64,000 nucleotides of DNA from the human T2T-CHM13v2.0 reference genome, Homo sapiens, in the NCBI RefSeq assembly GCF_009914755.1, contig NC_060925.1. One strand, given 5' to 3'. A model generated the notes under the pieces. The model did not search any database, was not told where the DNA came from, and saw only the letters and a program-made list of their open reading frames with translations. The position numbers and the translations under genes were made by a program. Numbering within the stretch: the first letter of the stretch is position 1; the number at the start of each line of letters is the position of its first letter. Shown here piece after piece: positions 29,651-43,229 of this stretch.

Positions 29651-31773
29651 AGAGGAAACTGAGTGAGAGAGGTATATGGGAACTCTGTATTATATTTGGA
29701 ACTTTTCTGTATATCTAAAACTATTCTAAAATCCAAAGATTATTCAAATATAAAATCCTTTTATAATATAAAATAGTGTCTATATTAAACATTCCATGAA
29801 TTCTGTACTTAGAATTATTGTATAATTTTATTGTTTTTAATGCCATTGCTTATACATGTTTTTGTACTCAAGAACAAATTGGATACGGCCTCTAGAGGAC
29901 AGTGTTGGGTCATAGAAAGATTTTACAATTTCTGCCCAAGTTGAAGATGGTCATAATCATTTTTCTTCTTCTTTTCTAACCACAAGTCCTGTTTATTCGT
30001 TGTCCCTCTGTAAAAACAACAATAACAAAGAACACTTATGACCCCTCTGCTGTTCTGACTAGTTGGCTGTTTTGTTTTAACTTATTTTCGTATAATTTTG
30101 GTTCCACAAACATCTATTAGGCAAGAAAGATCTGCGGAGTTGGCACCATAATGTTCACATCCCTGAGGGTTTGTGAAAGTTGTGAGGGAACCCGGGGAAG
30201 CGATATGAGGCGTATATTATGTGTCATTTGTGAGTTCTTCCACGATGGAGACGGAATTATAGAGTTGAACTTCCTTTGGAAAAACAAACCACGGTTCGTA
30301 GCTTGATCAGGGTGCATGTAAGCTAAAGAGGGGTTTTGGTCTTTTAAAGGTTGAGACTGCCTGCTCTACAGTGGTTTGTTGGTGGTGGGAGGAAAGGAAA
30401 AAAACCATTGCTCTTGCTTCTGGAGCAAATTTCTGGAGTAATCAGAATAGCAACTCAACATTTTAATTTTAAAATTCCTCCTCCGGAGATAACCTCGTAG
30501 GATTGCCATTGTATTTGCCCGGGGCTCCTGAGGTGGGGAGTTGCAGAGTGCTGCTCAAGTGCGTCAGAGCCATATGAACATTCACCTGCAAAATGCTCGC
30601 CTTGGACTTAGAGGCAGCTGAAGACAATTGTTCATGAATGGATGGGCTCAGAAATTCTGAAACACACAATTCTGTCATTGAATGCGCTGAATTTTCTGCC
30701 GAGAGTGGAGTCTGAGGGTTCTACCTTGCTAGGTGTGAATCTAGTATAAACATTAAAAAATAGGAGTCATTTGGATGATGGTGTGTTCCACTTAGCAGCA
30801 ACCTATAGTTTTTCGTTTGTTTGTTTTTGCTCGAAGAATAAATCTGTCCAAAGCTCATCTGCTGAATTGGGATCTTTGAGCCTTTTAATAGGAGTCTTGA
30901 GAGGGAGTGGAAAATGTACAGCTCCTTATAGATAGCCCGACATGAAAGTTAAGGTCAATGGTGTTTTGTTCAGCCACTCCATCCAAGTCGAACCCACGGG
31001 CAGGGATCTGTTTTGTTCTCATTTACTAGTGCTAAGTGCCAAACATTCTCTTTCTCAGGTATAGTCTTCTAATTTAGTGGTGGTGTGACAAAGTTCTATT
31101 TACCATATAGGTACTTAATACGTATTATGATGATTTAAGATGTAGTTGGTCCTTGAGATCGTGATTGGTCCCCTCAGCTGGTCCCTCACTCAGGATTCCT
31201 TATCTCAGGGAAAAGCATCACCTTATCCCAGTGGTATAAGTCAGAATCTTGGGAGTCATCCTTGAATCCTCTGTTTTTTCCATCCTTACTCATAATGAAT
31301 GCAGGACCAGGTCCTACCAATTTCACTTCTTAAATATTTTTTGAAGCCATCCATTTCTCTCTCCATGGCCGCCACTCCAATCTAAGCCCTTGTCATATCT
31401 GCTTAGACTACTGAAGAAGCTGCCTCACCCTCAAGCAGTGTGCTCTTCCAAAACATGCATCTATGAGACCGTCACTGATTTCCCATTGTTCTCAGGCTAG
31501 CAACCTTATCACTGTCATGGACAAGAAGGCCCTGCCGTCAGGCCCCTGTCTCTCTTTCTAGCCTCATCTTGAAGCCTTCTCCCTGCTCCTTGTACTCCAG
31601 CCTCCTAGCCGCCAATGTGTCAGCAGAGAGTCTTCGCGTATTCAGTTTCCTCTAGGTGACTGTCTCTCCCCTGCTGTCTCTGTCTCATTACCTTCTACTC
31701 ATACTCTCTAAATCAGCTGGAGTGTTATTTCCTCATGGATGACTTCCCTGGTCTCCTGGTCTAAGAAGTGTTC

Positions 31774-32535
<762 letters not shown>

Positions 32536-32755
32536 TAATGTCTGTCTCCCTGATCAGAGTATCAGCTGTGCTCCAGTTGAATGATGAAGGTAAATCTTAA
32601 AAAGATAAAGTAAAGGACCATCTCTGTGAGCAGGGGTCACGCCCAAGTGTGCTCACCATCCAGAGTCTCTAGCACTTGGCACAGTGCTTGGAACAACTAG
32701 TTGCTGAATACATTTGTTGAATGACTAAATGGCTATTTACTTATTGAATGTTTAG

Positions 32756-32835
32756 GTAGAGGAAGAAGAACCCACTGGATACATTCGATTCGAAAAATTT
32801 CTTCCGGTGATGACAGAAATACTACTAGAAAGAAA
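32756..32835 (+). CDS. EFCAB2: EFCAB2 coding exon: VEEEEPTGYIRFEKFLPVMTEILLER(K)
   Basis: tttag acceptor and AA|gtaagt donor. Phase 0 start joins the previous exon. EF-hand-like GYIRFEKF. Confidence 0.95.
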
Positions 32836-33281
32836 GTAAGTAAGTAAATGCAATTGTTAAGGCAAAGTAATGGTCAGAATTATGAATCCATTCATTTCAG
32901 GACGCTTGGCTTTTTCACTTTGTGTGTTATACTCAAGCAGTGTGTCCTAAGGTGGCCTCCCTCTAACCTTTCAAGCTACTTCTGAACTGGCAGTTGGTAC
33001 CTGCTTAGAAATATCAACCACACTAGTGTTATCCTAAGCAAAGCATAATTAGAGGGTAAATAAGCTATAAAGATCATAAATCAACATTCTTAGTATCTTC
33101 TGTTTTGAATTATCAATGATAAATAAGAATCCTAATATTTTTCTAGCAAAAATATAGCATTAGCTTACCATAGTTGGTTCATCATAGAAGTCTTGTGCCC
33201 AGATAAATTGATGTCCAAAAAGCTAATAGATAACCTCAAACATGTCAGTGATTTTGCACTAAATATTTCCTGTGGGGCTGA

Positions 33282-34051
<770 letters not shown>

Positions 34052-34114
34052 ATTTATTATGTAAAGACTGCGGTAAATACCACGGCATTTACTCATTTTA
34101 TTGCATAATTATAG

Positions 34115-34157
34115 ATACAGACCAATTCCAGAAGATGTCCTTCTTCGAGCTTTTGAG
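34115..34157 (+). CDS. EFCAB2: EFCAB2 coding exon: (K)YRPIPEDVLLRAFE
   Basis: atag acceptor, GAG|gtatgt donor, 43 bp. Completes the split AA+A Lys codon. Confidence 0.93.
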
Positions 34158-34294
34158 GTATGTAAACTCCAGCTTATATGCATATACATATATATAAATA
34201 CATTTATTTACATACACACATATATGAAAAATTTATCATGTAGAACTTATTCACCAAATGAAAAATATAATATCTATCTTTTCTTTTCCCCTAG

Positions 34295-34361
34295 GTTTTA
34301 GATTCAGCTAAACGTGGGTTTCTTACTAAGGACGAGCTGATCAAGTATATGACTGAAGAAG
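34295..34361 (+). CDS. EFCAB2: EFCAB2 coding exon: VLDSAKRGFLTKDELIKYMTEE(G)
   Basis: Polypyrimidine+ctag acceptor, AAG|gtaagt donor, 67 bp. EF-hand loop DSAKRGFLTKDE. Confidence 0.95.
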
Positions 34362-34758
34362 GTAAGTGTGATTTATTACTTATCACAATGACTTATGTGA
34401 GGAATTAATAATTTGTTAACAGTTATGCGAAAGTTATAGGGGATACTTTAAAATCAGTCATTCTGGTGAAAGTTATTTACTGTTCCTGCTATTTTGGCTT
34501 GGGGATGGTTTCTGTTCTGTGGGGGTTAAGAGGACAAAGAGTAGGGAAAGAGGAGATGGGTTGTTGTCTCGTAGAATTTTGTGAAGCACAGTGATTACTT
34601 CTATAATTTCAGGCATTGCATTCAGAGCATTTCCAGAATAAAAGATATGCCATCTGGAAAACATGAACTATCGATCACTGTAAATGAAGGCCTCTTCCTA
34701 GATTGAAGATTTGAATAAAGAATATAAAAATTCCGCCCCCCCCCCCCGGCGCCCCGGC

Positions 34759-35093
<335 letters not shown>

Positions 35094-36089
35094 TGAGGTC
35101 ATTTTTAACACTAAAAATGTCCTTTTTTAATGTTAATTGAACCATTTATATTTGTTTTGAACATGGCCCATCATACATATATGCATACACACACATAAAA
35201 CCTGCACACTTATATATATATGCCAACATATTTCCTTTAGGAATTCTCTCTGCTAGGCTGATGTGTAAATTTGTTTACACTGAAGGTCAGTAGCCTGATG
35301 GACAGTCTCCTGAAACCATCCTCATATTGGTCCCCTTGCCTTCTCCCATACAAAGCTAGAGCTCTCTGGTTCACAGACTGGGTCCTGAATGACTCAGAGT
35401 TGCTAATCACTTGAGGCAGAATGAAAAGCGCAAGTGATTTTGAGTAGGGAAGACTAAGACTGCATCTACACGCACAACTGGTTTGACCATTCCAGCTTCA
35501 TCCACCTTAAGGCGGAATACAGAGAGTGAGGGTCAGAATGGCAAGGCCGTCACAGCTGCCACCCAAGAACTCTGACGCCATTGTTAAAATTACCTTCGGG
35601 ATTAATTCTGATGGGGATGTTACGACTTTCAAAGCATCAGCTTCTTCATCCTGAGGATTAGTCTAAAGAAAGTAAATCCTAGGTTATATATCAGGCAACA
35701 TGAATTTAGTCAAAATGGCCCAAACAGTTAGATTTTCCTACTGTTGTGTGCCTACTATATGTTTAATATTTAGTAAGTGTAGTAAGGTATAATGATACTT
35801 AAATCTACTTCCTCTCTCAAGGATATTACAATCTTATTTGGGAAATAAAACTAACATAAAATAATTCACAATACAAGACAATAGAAAGCTAAATATCAGA
35901 AGATCAACTAGGGCTGGCCCAGCCTGGAAAACTTGGTTTGGGAAGACTTAAAGAGAAAATAGGTTTTTTGAGATGGTAGAATGTATATGGTTAAATTGTT
36001 GAGGGCAAAGGTAAACTCTTGTGCATTATAATTCTGTCACACATGGTAGATATCAACAAATGTTTGTTGAATGAATGAGTGAATGAGTA

Positions 36090-36800
36090 GATGATGAAGA
36101 CCAGGTGAAGGGGCTAATGAGAGGGAGACATTATCGATGTGTAAAACAGTCTGAACAAAAATGGGGAGGTAGGAATGAACATGCTATTTCAGAGAGAAAA
36201 TAAGCCTAGCTGGCCCAGAGGGTAATGTTGGCAAACAGCAGGAAATTAACTTCAGTAGACTTACTGGGACTAAATTGTGGAGTCCCAGGCTCAGGAGTTT
36301 GGAATTCATCCTGTGGGCGATGGAGAAGTATTACAGGCTTTTGAGCAGATGACTCACATGGTGTGTGAGTGATTGTGAGAAGGTTTTTCTGGTGCTGGTC
36401 GGTTTGTTAGATGCATAAGAAAGAGGTTGGACTAGGGAGGCCACTTAGAAGGTTATTTCAGCATTTTGAGGGCACCCAAATAAGGGCCTGACCTGGCAGT
36501 GGGAATGGCAATGGGAAGAAGGGATTGGTACAATAGGACTGTCTGTGGCAGGATCCATGGGTCATGATGAGTAACAGAGTGTAGGCGACAAAGCTGAGAG
36601 CTGAATCCAAAGTACCACCAAGGCTTTGCCCTCGATGGCGAGTATGATGGTAATGAGACTGACTCAAACAGAAAGGTCAGAACAGACCGCAGTGTATACA
36701 GAGACAGTGCGACCACGTGGTTTACTTGGAGGTGCTGTGTGATAATTTCGAAAATGGTATGTTTACAGAGAGTTCATGGTACTTAAAGATCAACTATTGA
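36090..36800 (-). mobile_element. L2 fragment
   Basis: ggagtttggaattcatcctgtgggcgatggagaag...ttttgagcag, typical antisense L2. Confidence 0.6.
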
Positions 36801-37309
36801 GTATCTCAGCGGACTAAGCATAGGACAGGTATGGTCAAATAAGAATACATATGTTTTCAATTATTCACTCAGCAAGTATTATTACAAACCTTCCACATAT
36901 ATGAACCAATATGTTTGGAAGTAATATGTAAGATGTAAATCTATACAAATCTAAGTTACGATTTAATATAACAGACCCATCAGCTAAGTGTAATAGCAGT
37001 TGACTAGTTTGGTAAAATAGGAGCTTAAGAATTGCTGCTTTGAGAGTCTCAGAATTCTACAAATTGTTTTTAAGTACATTTATGCTATATAACAATATGG
37101 ATTCAAGCTACTTGCACATTCATCCTAATATCCACAAAGTATCAAACACACTAGTTTGAGAATATGCATTCCTACAGCCCTGGATGTCATATGATAAAAT
37201 AAATCACACTGAATCAAGTTCCTACAAGATAGAAGTCCCTAAGTGTCCAGGAATGTGTATTGCATCAGACAGTGTTTAGCAGCCGGGAAGATCTCAGAAC
37301 AATTTTTTA

Positions 37310-37550
37310 AACAAACACTTGCATGTTGCTGCTTCTATGCCAGGTACTGTTCTAAGTCCCATTCAAATCATAACACGTTTCATTCTCATGACAACCCTAT
37401 GTGACAGGTGGTGTCGTTATCACCCCCATTCTAGAGACAGGTAAGCTAAGGTGGGGAGCTGTGAAGTGACTTGCTCAAGATCTCAGAGCTCGTGAGAGGC
37501 AGCCAGCATGTGGATCCAAACTTGTGCTTTAACCACTCAGTTATCTTCCT
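37310..37550 (-). mobile_element. MIR
   Basis: tatgccaggtactgttctaag...acaaccctatg...aagtgacttgctcaag. Confidence 0.75.
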
Positions 37551-37919
37551 TCCATCTTTCATCAAATACTGGGGCTTCAAGTTAATCCTCTGGTAATTTC
37601 AAAAGTTTTAATCTAAATAAATAACCTTGTTCATGATGTCTGTATGTCTTCCTACTGTTTTGCCTGAAATGACGTGTTCTAGAGGTTGCTTGATCTATGA
37701 CATCTGCAGGCTAAAAGAAGTCCAGAATCTACCAGGGTGTACAATAGCCTTGTCTTTGAACCTCTGGACTGTCGTGATGTCCTGGCTCTACAGCTCCAGG
37801 GAGCGTAACTAGTGGCACTGTGGGAGCTTGTGGGGCTCCATGGCTATTAAGCTGGCTAGTGGAAAGAGAAAAAAATCAGATGATCCTAAATGATAAATTT
37901 TCCTTTTTGTCTCTCTGAG

Positions 37920-38035
37920 GTGAGCCTTTTTCTCAAGAGGAAATGGAAGAAATGTTGTCTGCTGCAATTGATCCAGAATCAAATTCAATTAATTACAAGG
38001 ACTATATAACAATGATGGTGATAGATGAAAATTAA
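37920..38035 (+). CDS. EFCAB2: EFCAB2 terminal coding exon: (G)EPFSQEEMEEMLSAAIDPESNSINYKDYITMMVIDEN*
   Basis: Polypyrimidine+tgag acceptor. Phase matches the previous exon (G+GT=Gly). Calmodulin-like C-terminus, TAA at 38033-38035. Confidence 0.93.
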
Positions 38036-38300
38036 ATGTTCTAAAGATAATTTCTGATTGAAAGAACAATTTTAGAAATTGCTTGTTCTTGTTAATTTCA
38101 CATCTTATCTTAGGATTCCTATATGTGATATTTAATACCTTGTGACATAACTATTTTAAGACACTTTGTTTTTAAAGATGATCGTAACACTTTAAACCAA
38201 ATTTAGTATGTCTAGCCTTACAGAATGATAAATTACTATTTATTTAAAAACTATTCTTAAAACATTTTAACATTAGAATGGATTGTTGTTTATTTTCTAC

Positions 38301-38306
38301 AATAAA
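38301..38306 (+). terminator. Proximal polyadenylation signal AATAAA
   Basis: AATAAA about 270 nt after the stop codon. Confidence 0.55.
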
Positions 38307-38495
38307 ACTCAGGTCACCTTCGAATTAATTAAGCTGACAAAATGAAAATGACTTAATTACCCAAGGTTTGGCATGTAAAGATCTTAAGAGGGGGCAGAAC
38401 GAACCACTCGAAAACGAGTAGCAGTGTAATGAAGGCTTCTTTTTTAAACAATAACAAATGCTTCATCAATCTGAGTGTGGAAGGTGATTTATCAA

Positions 38496-38501
38496 AATAA
38501 A
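38496..38501 (+). terminator. Distal polyadenylation signal AATAAA
   Basis: AATAAA followed by T-rich/GT sequence at about 38515-38530. Confidence 0.55.
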
Positions 38502-38846
38502 TATTACTAATTGATTTTTTTATGAGTGCCAATTACAAATATCATTTGGGATAATAATAACTTAGTGTAAACATTTATATTTGCTGATCCAGCATGTCAC
38601 CATTTATGGAGTAGCTAAAGGAGTTGAGATCATTGGAACTAGAGAAAAGAAGGTTGAGTGGAAGTTGATAGTGTAAGGTAGTGGCAATTCTCCCTTTGTC
38701 TTTAGAATTCTCACCCACTCCGCATATCTGTCATGGGAGCATTGTCCTGAATACTGAGTAAGAATACTGAGAAATGTTATGGTGTGCAAATGTACAGCTC
38801 CTGAAAGAGCAAAATGAAGCACAAGCAGTCACAATGGAAAAATATA

Positions 38847-38894
38847 TGGCATGGCCACTGCCTCCTCCTTGCAATTCTCTCCGATCTTGGCATC
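38847..38894. repeat. 48-bp perfect inverted repeat, left copy (inserted copy)
   Basis: Exact reverse complement of 40179-40226. Confidence 0.95.
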
Positions 38895-38989
38895 TTATAT
38901 GGCAACTATATGGCAACTTACAAGCAAAGGGGAAGATAAAGTAAAGGGAAGTGAACAATTTTCCAAACTTAGATATTCTGTTATAACAA

Positions 38990-38990
<1 letters not shown>

Positions 38991-39033
<43 letters not shown>
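38991..39033. repeat. (AC)n microsatellite, about 21 units
   Basis: Uninterrupted AC run. Confidence 0.98.
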
Positions 39034-39036
<3 letters not shown>

Positions 39037-39169
39037 GTCTCTATTTGAAGATGGCTTCACCACTATATGTGTGTATCTACATAGATGTAAACATTTAGAG
39101 TTGCTGTGAGCCTTCCTCAGGCATGTAGTCTTGCCCCCAAAAGAGGCGGCTGCTACCCAAGAGACTGTC

Positions 39170-40450
39170 GCTGTTCATTCATTCATGAAACACTGAAGGA
39201 GTACCATGAGATGATGTGCTGGGAACCGGAGTCCCTAACGAATCCAGGTCACAGTTTAGTGAGGGAAGCCTGCAAGGCAGTCAGCAGCCACATTTCAGAT
39301 AGGGGCATGTTCAGGGTCCCGTGCAAGTGCCGAAGAGAGGCAGCTACTCAGCCTTGCAGGGAGAGAGCTTTCTGGAAGATGAAAGGTGCTAGTGAGCGGA
39401 GAAGGCTTCCCAGGACAGGAAGCTCCTGACTTTAAAACGAGTAGTTTAGTAAGTGGGTGGCGGGGCACAGGGCATTTCAGCAGGTGAGCAGCAAGTCCAG
39501 AAACCCTAGAGGTGTCATGAAACATGGAACCACCTGGGAATTGAAAGCAGCTCAGTATATTTGGAATGTGGGAGATTTGGGGGTCATGATGAGAGGTGAA
39601 ATTGGAGTGGTAAACAGGAGCGGTATCATTAAGGATATCGGGTTAGGTGCTGAGTTAAGGTTTCAGTGTGAGAGTTTGGACTTTATTCTGAAGATCACAG
39701 AGAAAGATCATTTGTAAGCAGCATGGAAAATAGATTTGAAAGGTCAAGACTAGAAGTGAGACCAGTTTGTAGGCTATTTGGTTGGTGGGAGGGGATAGAC
39801 TGGGAAAAGTCAAGCATGAATCCCAGGTTTCTGGCTCGGACGATGGGTAAAAGTGCCATTCATTCAGATAAGAAGTCCAAGGAGCAAGTGGGGCATTTGG
39901 TAAGCAAAATGATGAGGTTGGGTGCAGACACCTTGGGACACCCAAAGGGTGACATTCAATAATCAATTGGATATAGGAGGGAGATCTGGCTGGAGACCTG
40001 GATTTTGGAACTGTCAGCATGTAAGTAGTATTAATGCCTTGAAAGTAGAAGAGAAGACAGTCTAGAACAAAACCATGGGGGATATCAGCATTTACGGGAA
40101 GGCAGAGGAAGAAGAGCCCACAAAAGAGACTGGGAAGGAGAAGCCTGAGAAGAGGGAAAGCTGGAAAGAAGCATCTTGGATGCCAAGATCGGAGAGAATT
40201 GCAAGGAGGAGGCAGTGGCCATGCCAGATGTAGTGGAGAGGAGAGGGAAGTTAAAGACGGAAAAAACGTCCATTGGTGTTAGCAATGGAGAGTTCATTGA
40301 GGGCCTCTCCCACAGCAGATGTGGGGAAGCAACAGGGTATGGAGTTGAGTGGATGGAGTAAGGAATGGATGTGAGAAGGTTGCAGCCTGGAGGACAAGTT
40401 ATTCGGCAGTGAAGAGGAGGAAACGGACAACAGGCTCGGGGAGTGATTTT
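39170..40450 (-). mobile_element. L2 element
   Basis: Starts ttcattcattcat (L2 3' end, reverse complement) and continues with antisense L2 motifs (gtccattggtgttagcaatgg). Confidence 0.75.
40179..40226. repeat. 48-bp perfect inverted repeat, right copy (within L2, probable donor)
   Basis: Exact reverse complement of 38847-38894. Confidence 0.95.
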
Positions 40451-40889
40451 TGGAAGATGGGTGGATGTAGCAAGTTCATTTCTAGTCCAAGGGCTGAGAG
40501 CCCACAGAGAAGGTGAAGGGAGGGGCCAGCTTCCAGAGCAATAAAGAGATTTAGGAACAATGAACCAACGCTTGTGGTCCCTACCTCATGGCCTCTGCTG
40601 CCTTTTGGAGAGGAAGGTAGTAGGTTATAGAGTTTCAAGAGAATGGTGTAATTTTGGAATATCTCTTGTGGGAAATGGGAGAAAGAGTTGAGAAAGAGCC
40701 CATGTAAGGATTTTCAAGAAACCCTGGAAGATTTTGTGCTCAGGAGCAAAAAAGAAAAGAAAAAGGTAGATTGTTGTACCAGGGTTAAGGTTTTGTCATG
40801 TGCGTGAGGTGGAAGGAATCAAAGGCCGAGGAATCTGGGAGAAAGCAGTTCCGATGGTGTCCGTGGGGCTAACGCATGAGGGAAAGACC

Positions 40890-40932
40890 CAGGTAGGAGG
40901 AGTGGGTAACAGGTAGGAGGAGTGGGTGACAG
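40890..40932. repeat. 20-bp tandem duplication
   Basis: caggtaggaggagtgggt(a/g)a x2. Confidence 0.85.
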
Positions 40933-41109
40933 ATGGGAGGGGGTGAGAGGGCTCGGGGCCCTAAAAGGGCAAGTGGCTGGTGTTGGTAGCAAGGGGTGGT
41001 CTTTCCTGCCTGAGTGATAATTCCTGAGTGATAATATGTTTCCCTTGAAATTTCGCTTCGATGTGTTCTTAGAGTGTTTCTTTTCTTCTCCTGTGTTATT
41101 ATGTGAATA

Positions 41110-41285
41110 AATAGTAAGAGTGGCTGACGTTTGTTGACTGTTCCCTGCGTTGCAGGCACTGTCCTAAGTGCTTGACGTACATGAACTCATTTCATCCTCA
41201 CATCCACCCATCGGTGCAGGTGCTATTAAGTTATCCCCATTTTAGAAAGGTGACAATCAAGAAGTTACACAGCAGTAAGTGGCTG
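41110..41285 (-). mobile_element. MIR
   Basis: caggcactgtcctaagtgctt...aactcatttcatcctcaca...tatccccatttt. Confidence 0.75.
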
Positions 41286-41447
41286 TATCAGCTTTTTCTA
41301 GGTTATATTGTGATAACAAAACTCCCACGTGTCAGAGGTTTGCAAGAATGAAGCTTATTTCTGTTTACGTTTTTTTTTTTTGGTCAGCTGGGGTCATCCT
41401 GGACTCTGGCCTACGTGTCTTTGTCCTACTCATGGCCTAGAGAGGTA

Positions 41448-41573
41448 GGATGACCGTCTGTCCTGCTTTGCCCGTGGTAGTTCCAGACTATACCTGTCCC
41501 AGTGTAATTATTAATAGGTCTCCTTTGTACTCTTAGAAATGTTCCAGTTTAGATGATTAATATGTGGTCATCC
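41448..41573. mobile_element. MER94-like hAT MITE
   Basis: TIRs ggatgacc / ggtcatcc, internal tgtcccagtgtaattattaatag. Confidence 0.7.
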
Positions 41574-43229
41574 CATTCAAAAAATAGTGAGTAAAAACGG
41601 TGGTGAGGAATCGTCACTTCTGGAAGGCTTCCTGACAGATAATTCCAGCAGTGGTAAGAATGGAAGGCATTTCTTCCTTCTCTAGTTTCCCAAGATCATT
41701 TTTTTCCCCAGGATAACCTGAGATTTTCCCAAGGTAAAATCCAAATAGAGACCTGATGTGCCACTGGCTCGGCCGTGCATGCTAGAATCACCAGCCAGAG
41801 ATGAGGATGAACCGCGTGCCTTCAGGACAGGGCGGAGACGGAGGAGGAAAGGAGTGTGGTGATCCTCGGAACATCAGCAGACAGGCTGTTGATGATAGGA
41901 ACACATTGCAGCGGGGAAGGAGGATGGCTGAGATATGAAATACCCTTCAAGGTGGACGCATACCCAGGGGCATGTCATTCGGTGGCAGGGGCCAGCACGG
42001 ACATGCAGCACTGAGGCGTGTGCTAGCGCCCAATGCGTCGACCCAGGCACGGACTTGTTTGGAGCATACAGGACAGCTCTGCGTTAAGACCTGTAAGCCA
42101 TTAAAGAAGTACAGTCTGGTGAATGAACCCTAATCTCTTGATGATCAAGTGATGACATCATATTCTGTCTCCGAGGAGACACCCTCTTGCACAGAAGGCA
42201 GTAGAGGAAGCTTGCGTCGAGATTGCCTACCTCCCCAGCCCCACCTTCGAGGGTTCTTTCAAAAGTTCGGACTGATGTTCAACTTCACATCTTGTCTCAA
42301 GGCAATCCTCTCTGTTTAGTCTCATAGAGTTGGCTTTGTGGAATGTAATTCATTTTTATCTTTAGCACAAATTTGTCTGTTTCTTTTAAGGCCACCAGAA
42401 AGCATAACATAGACTCCCCACAGAAATCTCATTTTATCTCCTAAGTTGCAGAATAAACGTACCTTGTTTGCAAAGGGAACATTTTCCTTTACACTCAAAT
42501 CACTTCAATGTGTATTTTGCCTCTTCAGCTCACTGACCTCGCCCGCAGCATCTGATGTAAGTCACCATATGCCATTTCCCGACTAGGAGAGTGCTTGGCC
42601 TCTTGTGCAGGAAGTTTGCTTACCCTCATGACTCCTGGCTTCCGCAGAGCCTGCCATACCCCACAGCTTGGCCGGGCCCTGTGGAAAGCCATCTCTATTC
42701 TCACACTGCTGGGGAAGGTGCATGACTCAGGACCCGACACACAGGCCTGAGAGTCTGGCGATCTTGTGCTCTGATCCCAGCTTCATGTGTGACTCACTCT
42801 GGATCAGGCGCTTCACTTCCTGTGCACCTCTGTCTGTAAAATAGAGAGCCCAGCTCTAGTCCTTCTCCCTCCTGAGAAGCAATGCAGAGATTTAGTCCCC
42901 TTTGCAGTCACCCAGTGTCTAAGTACCAAATGCCCAAGAGACAAAAAAGAGTCCAAGATAGCAGGCTAGTTGGGATTACGACTGTTCGTTAAGGGCAGGA
43001 GTATTTTCTGTGGGATGGAATGTGTTTAGATCTCTCTCTCCTAGCTTCCTGTCTTCCTTCCTTTCGCTTTTCTAAATCCTTCCATGTAAGAAAGTACCCT
43101 GTTTATACAGACAGTTCCTTGAAGATCAGTGTCACTACCTTACCCTCCTGGGCTGCTTAAATAAACGGAGAGCCTCATGGGTGCCAGGCATGGTGGCTGC
43201 CTCCTAGGCCTGCCTATTTCTGAAAGCAT

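Larger units (their letters stand above)
38036..38520 (+). other. EFCAB2: EFCAB2 AT-rich 3' UTR (end approximate)
   Basis: Follows the stop codon and contains two AATAAA hexamers. Confidence 0.7.

Noticed and set aside
32715-32755. L2 3' tail supplying the branch point of the 32756 exon
   Set aside because: The L2 end abuts the acceptor region, but gactaaa is a poor yUnAy match and a tttac alternative lies outside the L2. It cannot be resolved without lariat data.
32750-32762. Other exons starting with GT (GTAGAG at 32756, GTTTTA at 34295) as recursive sites
   Set aside because: The reconstituted donors match the consensus poorly and are explained by Val codons.
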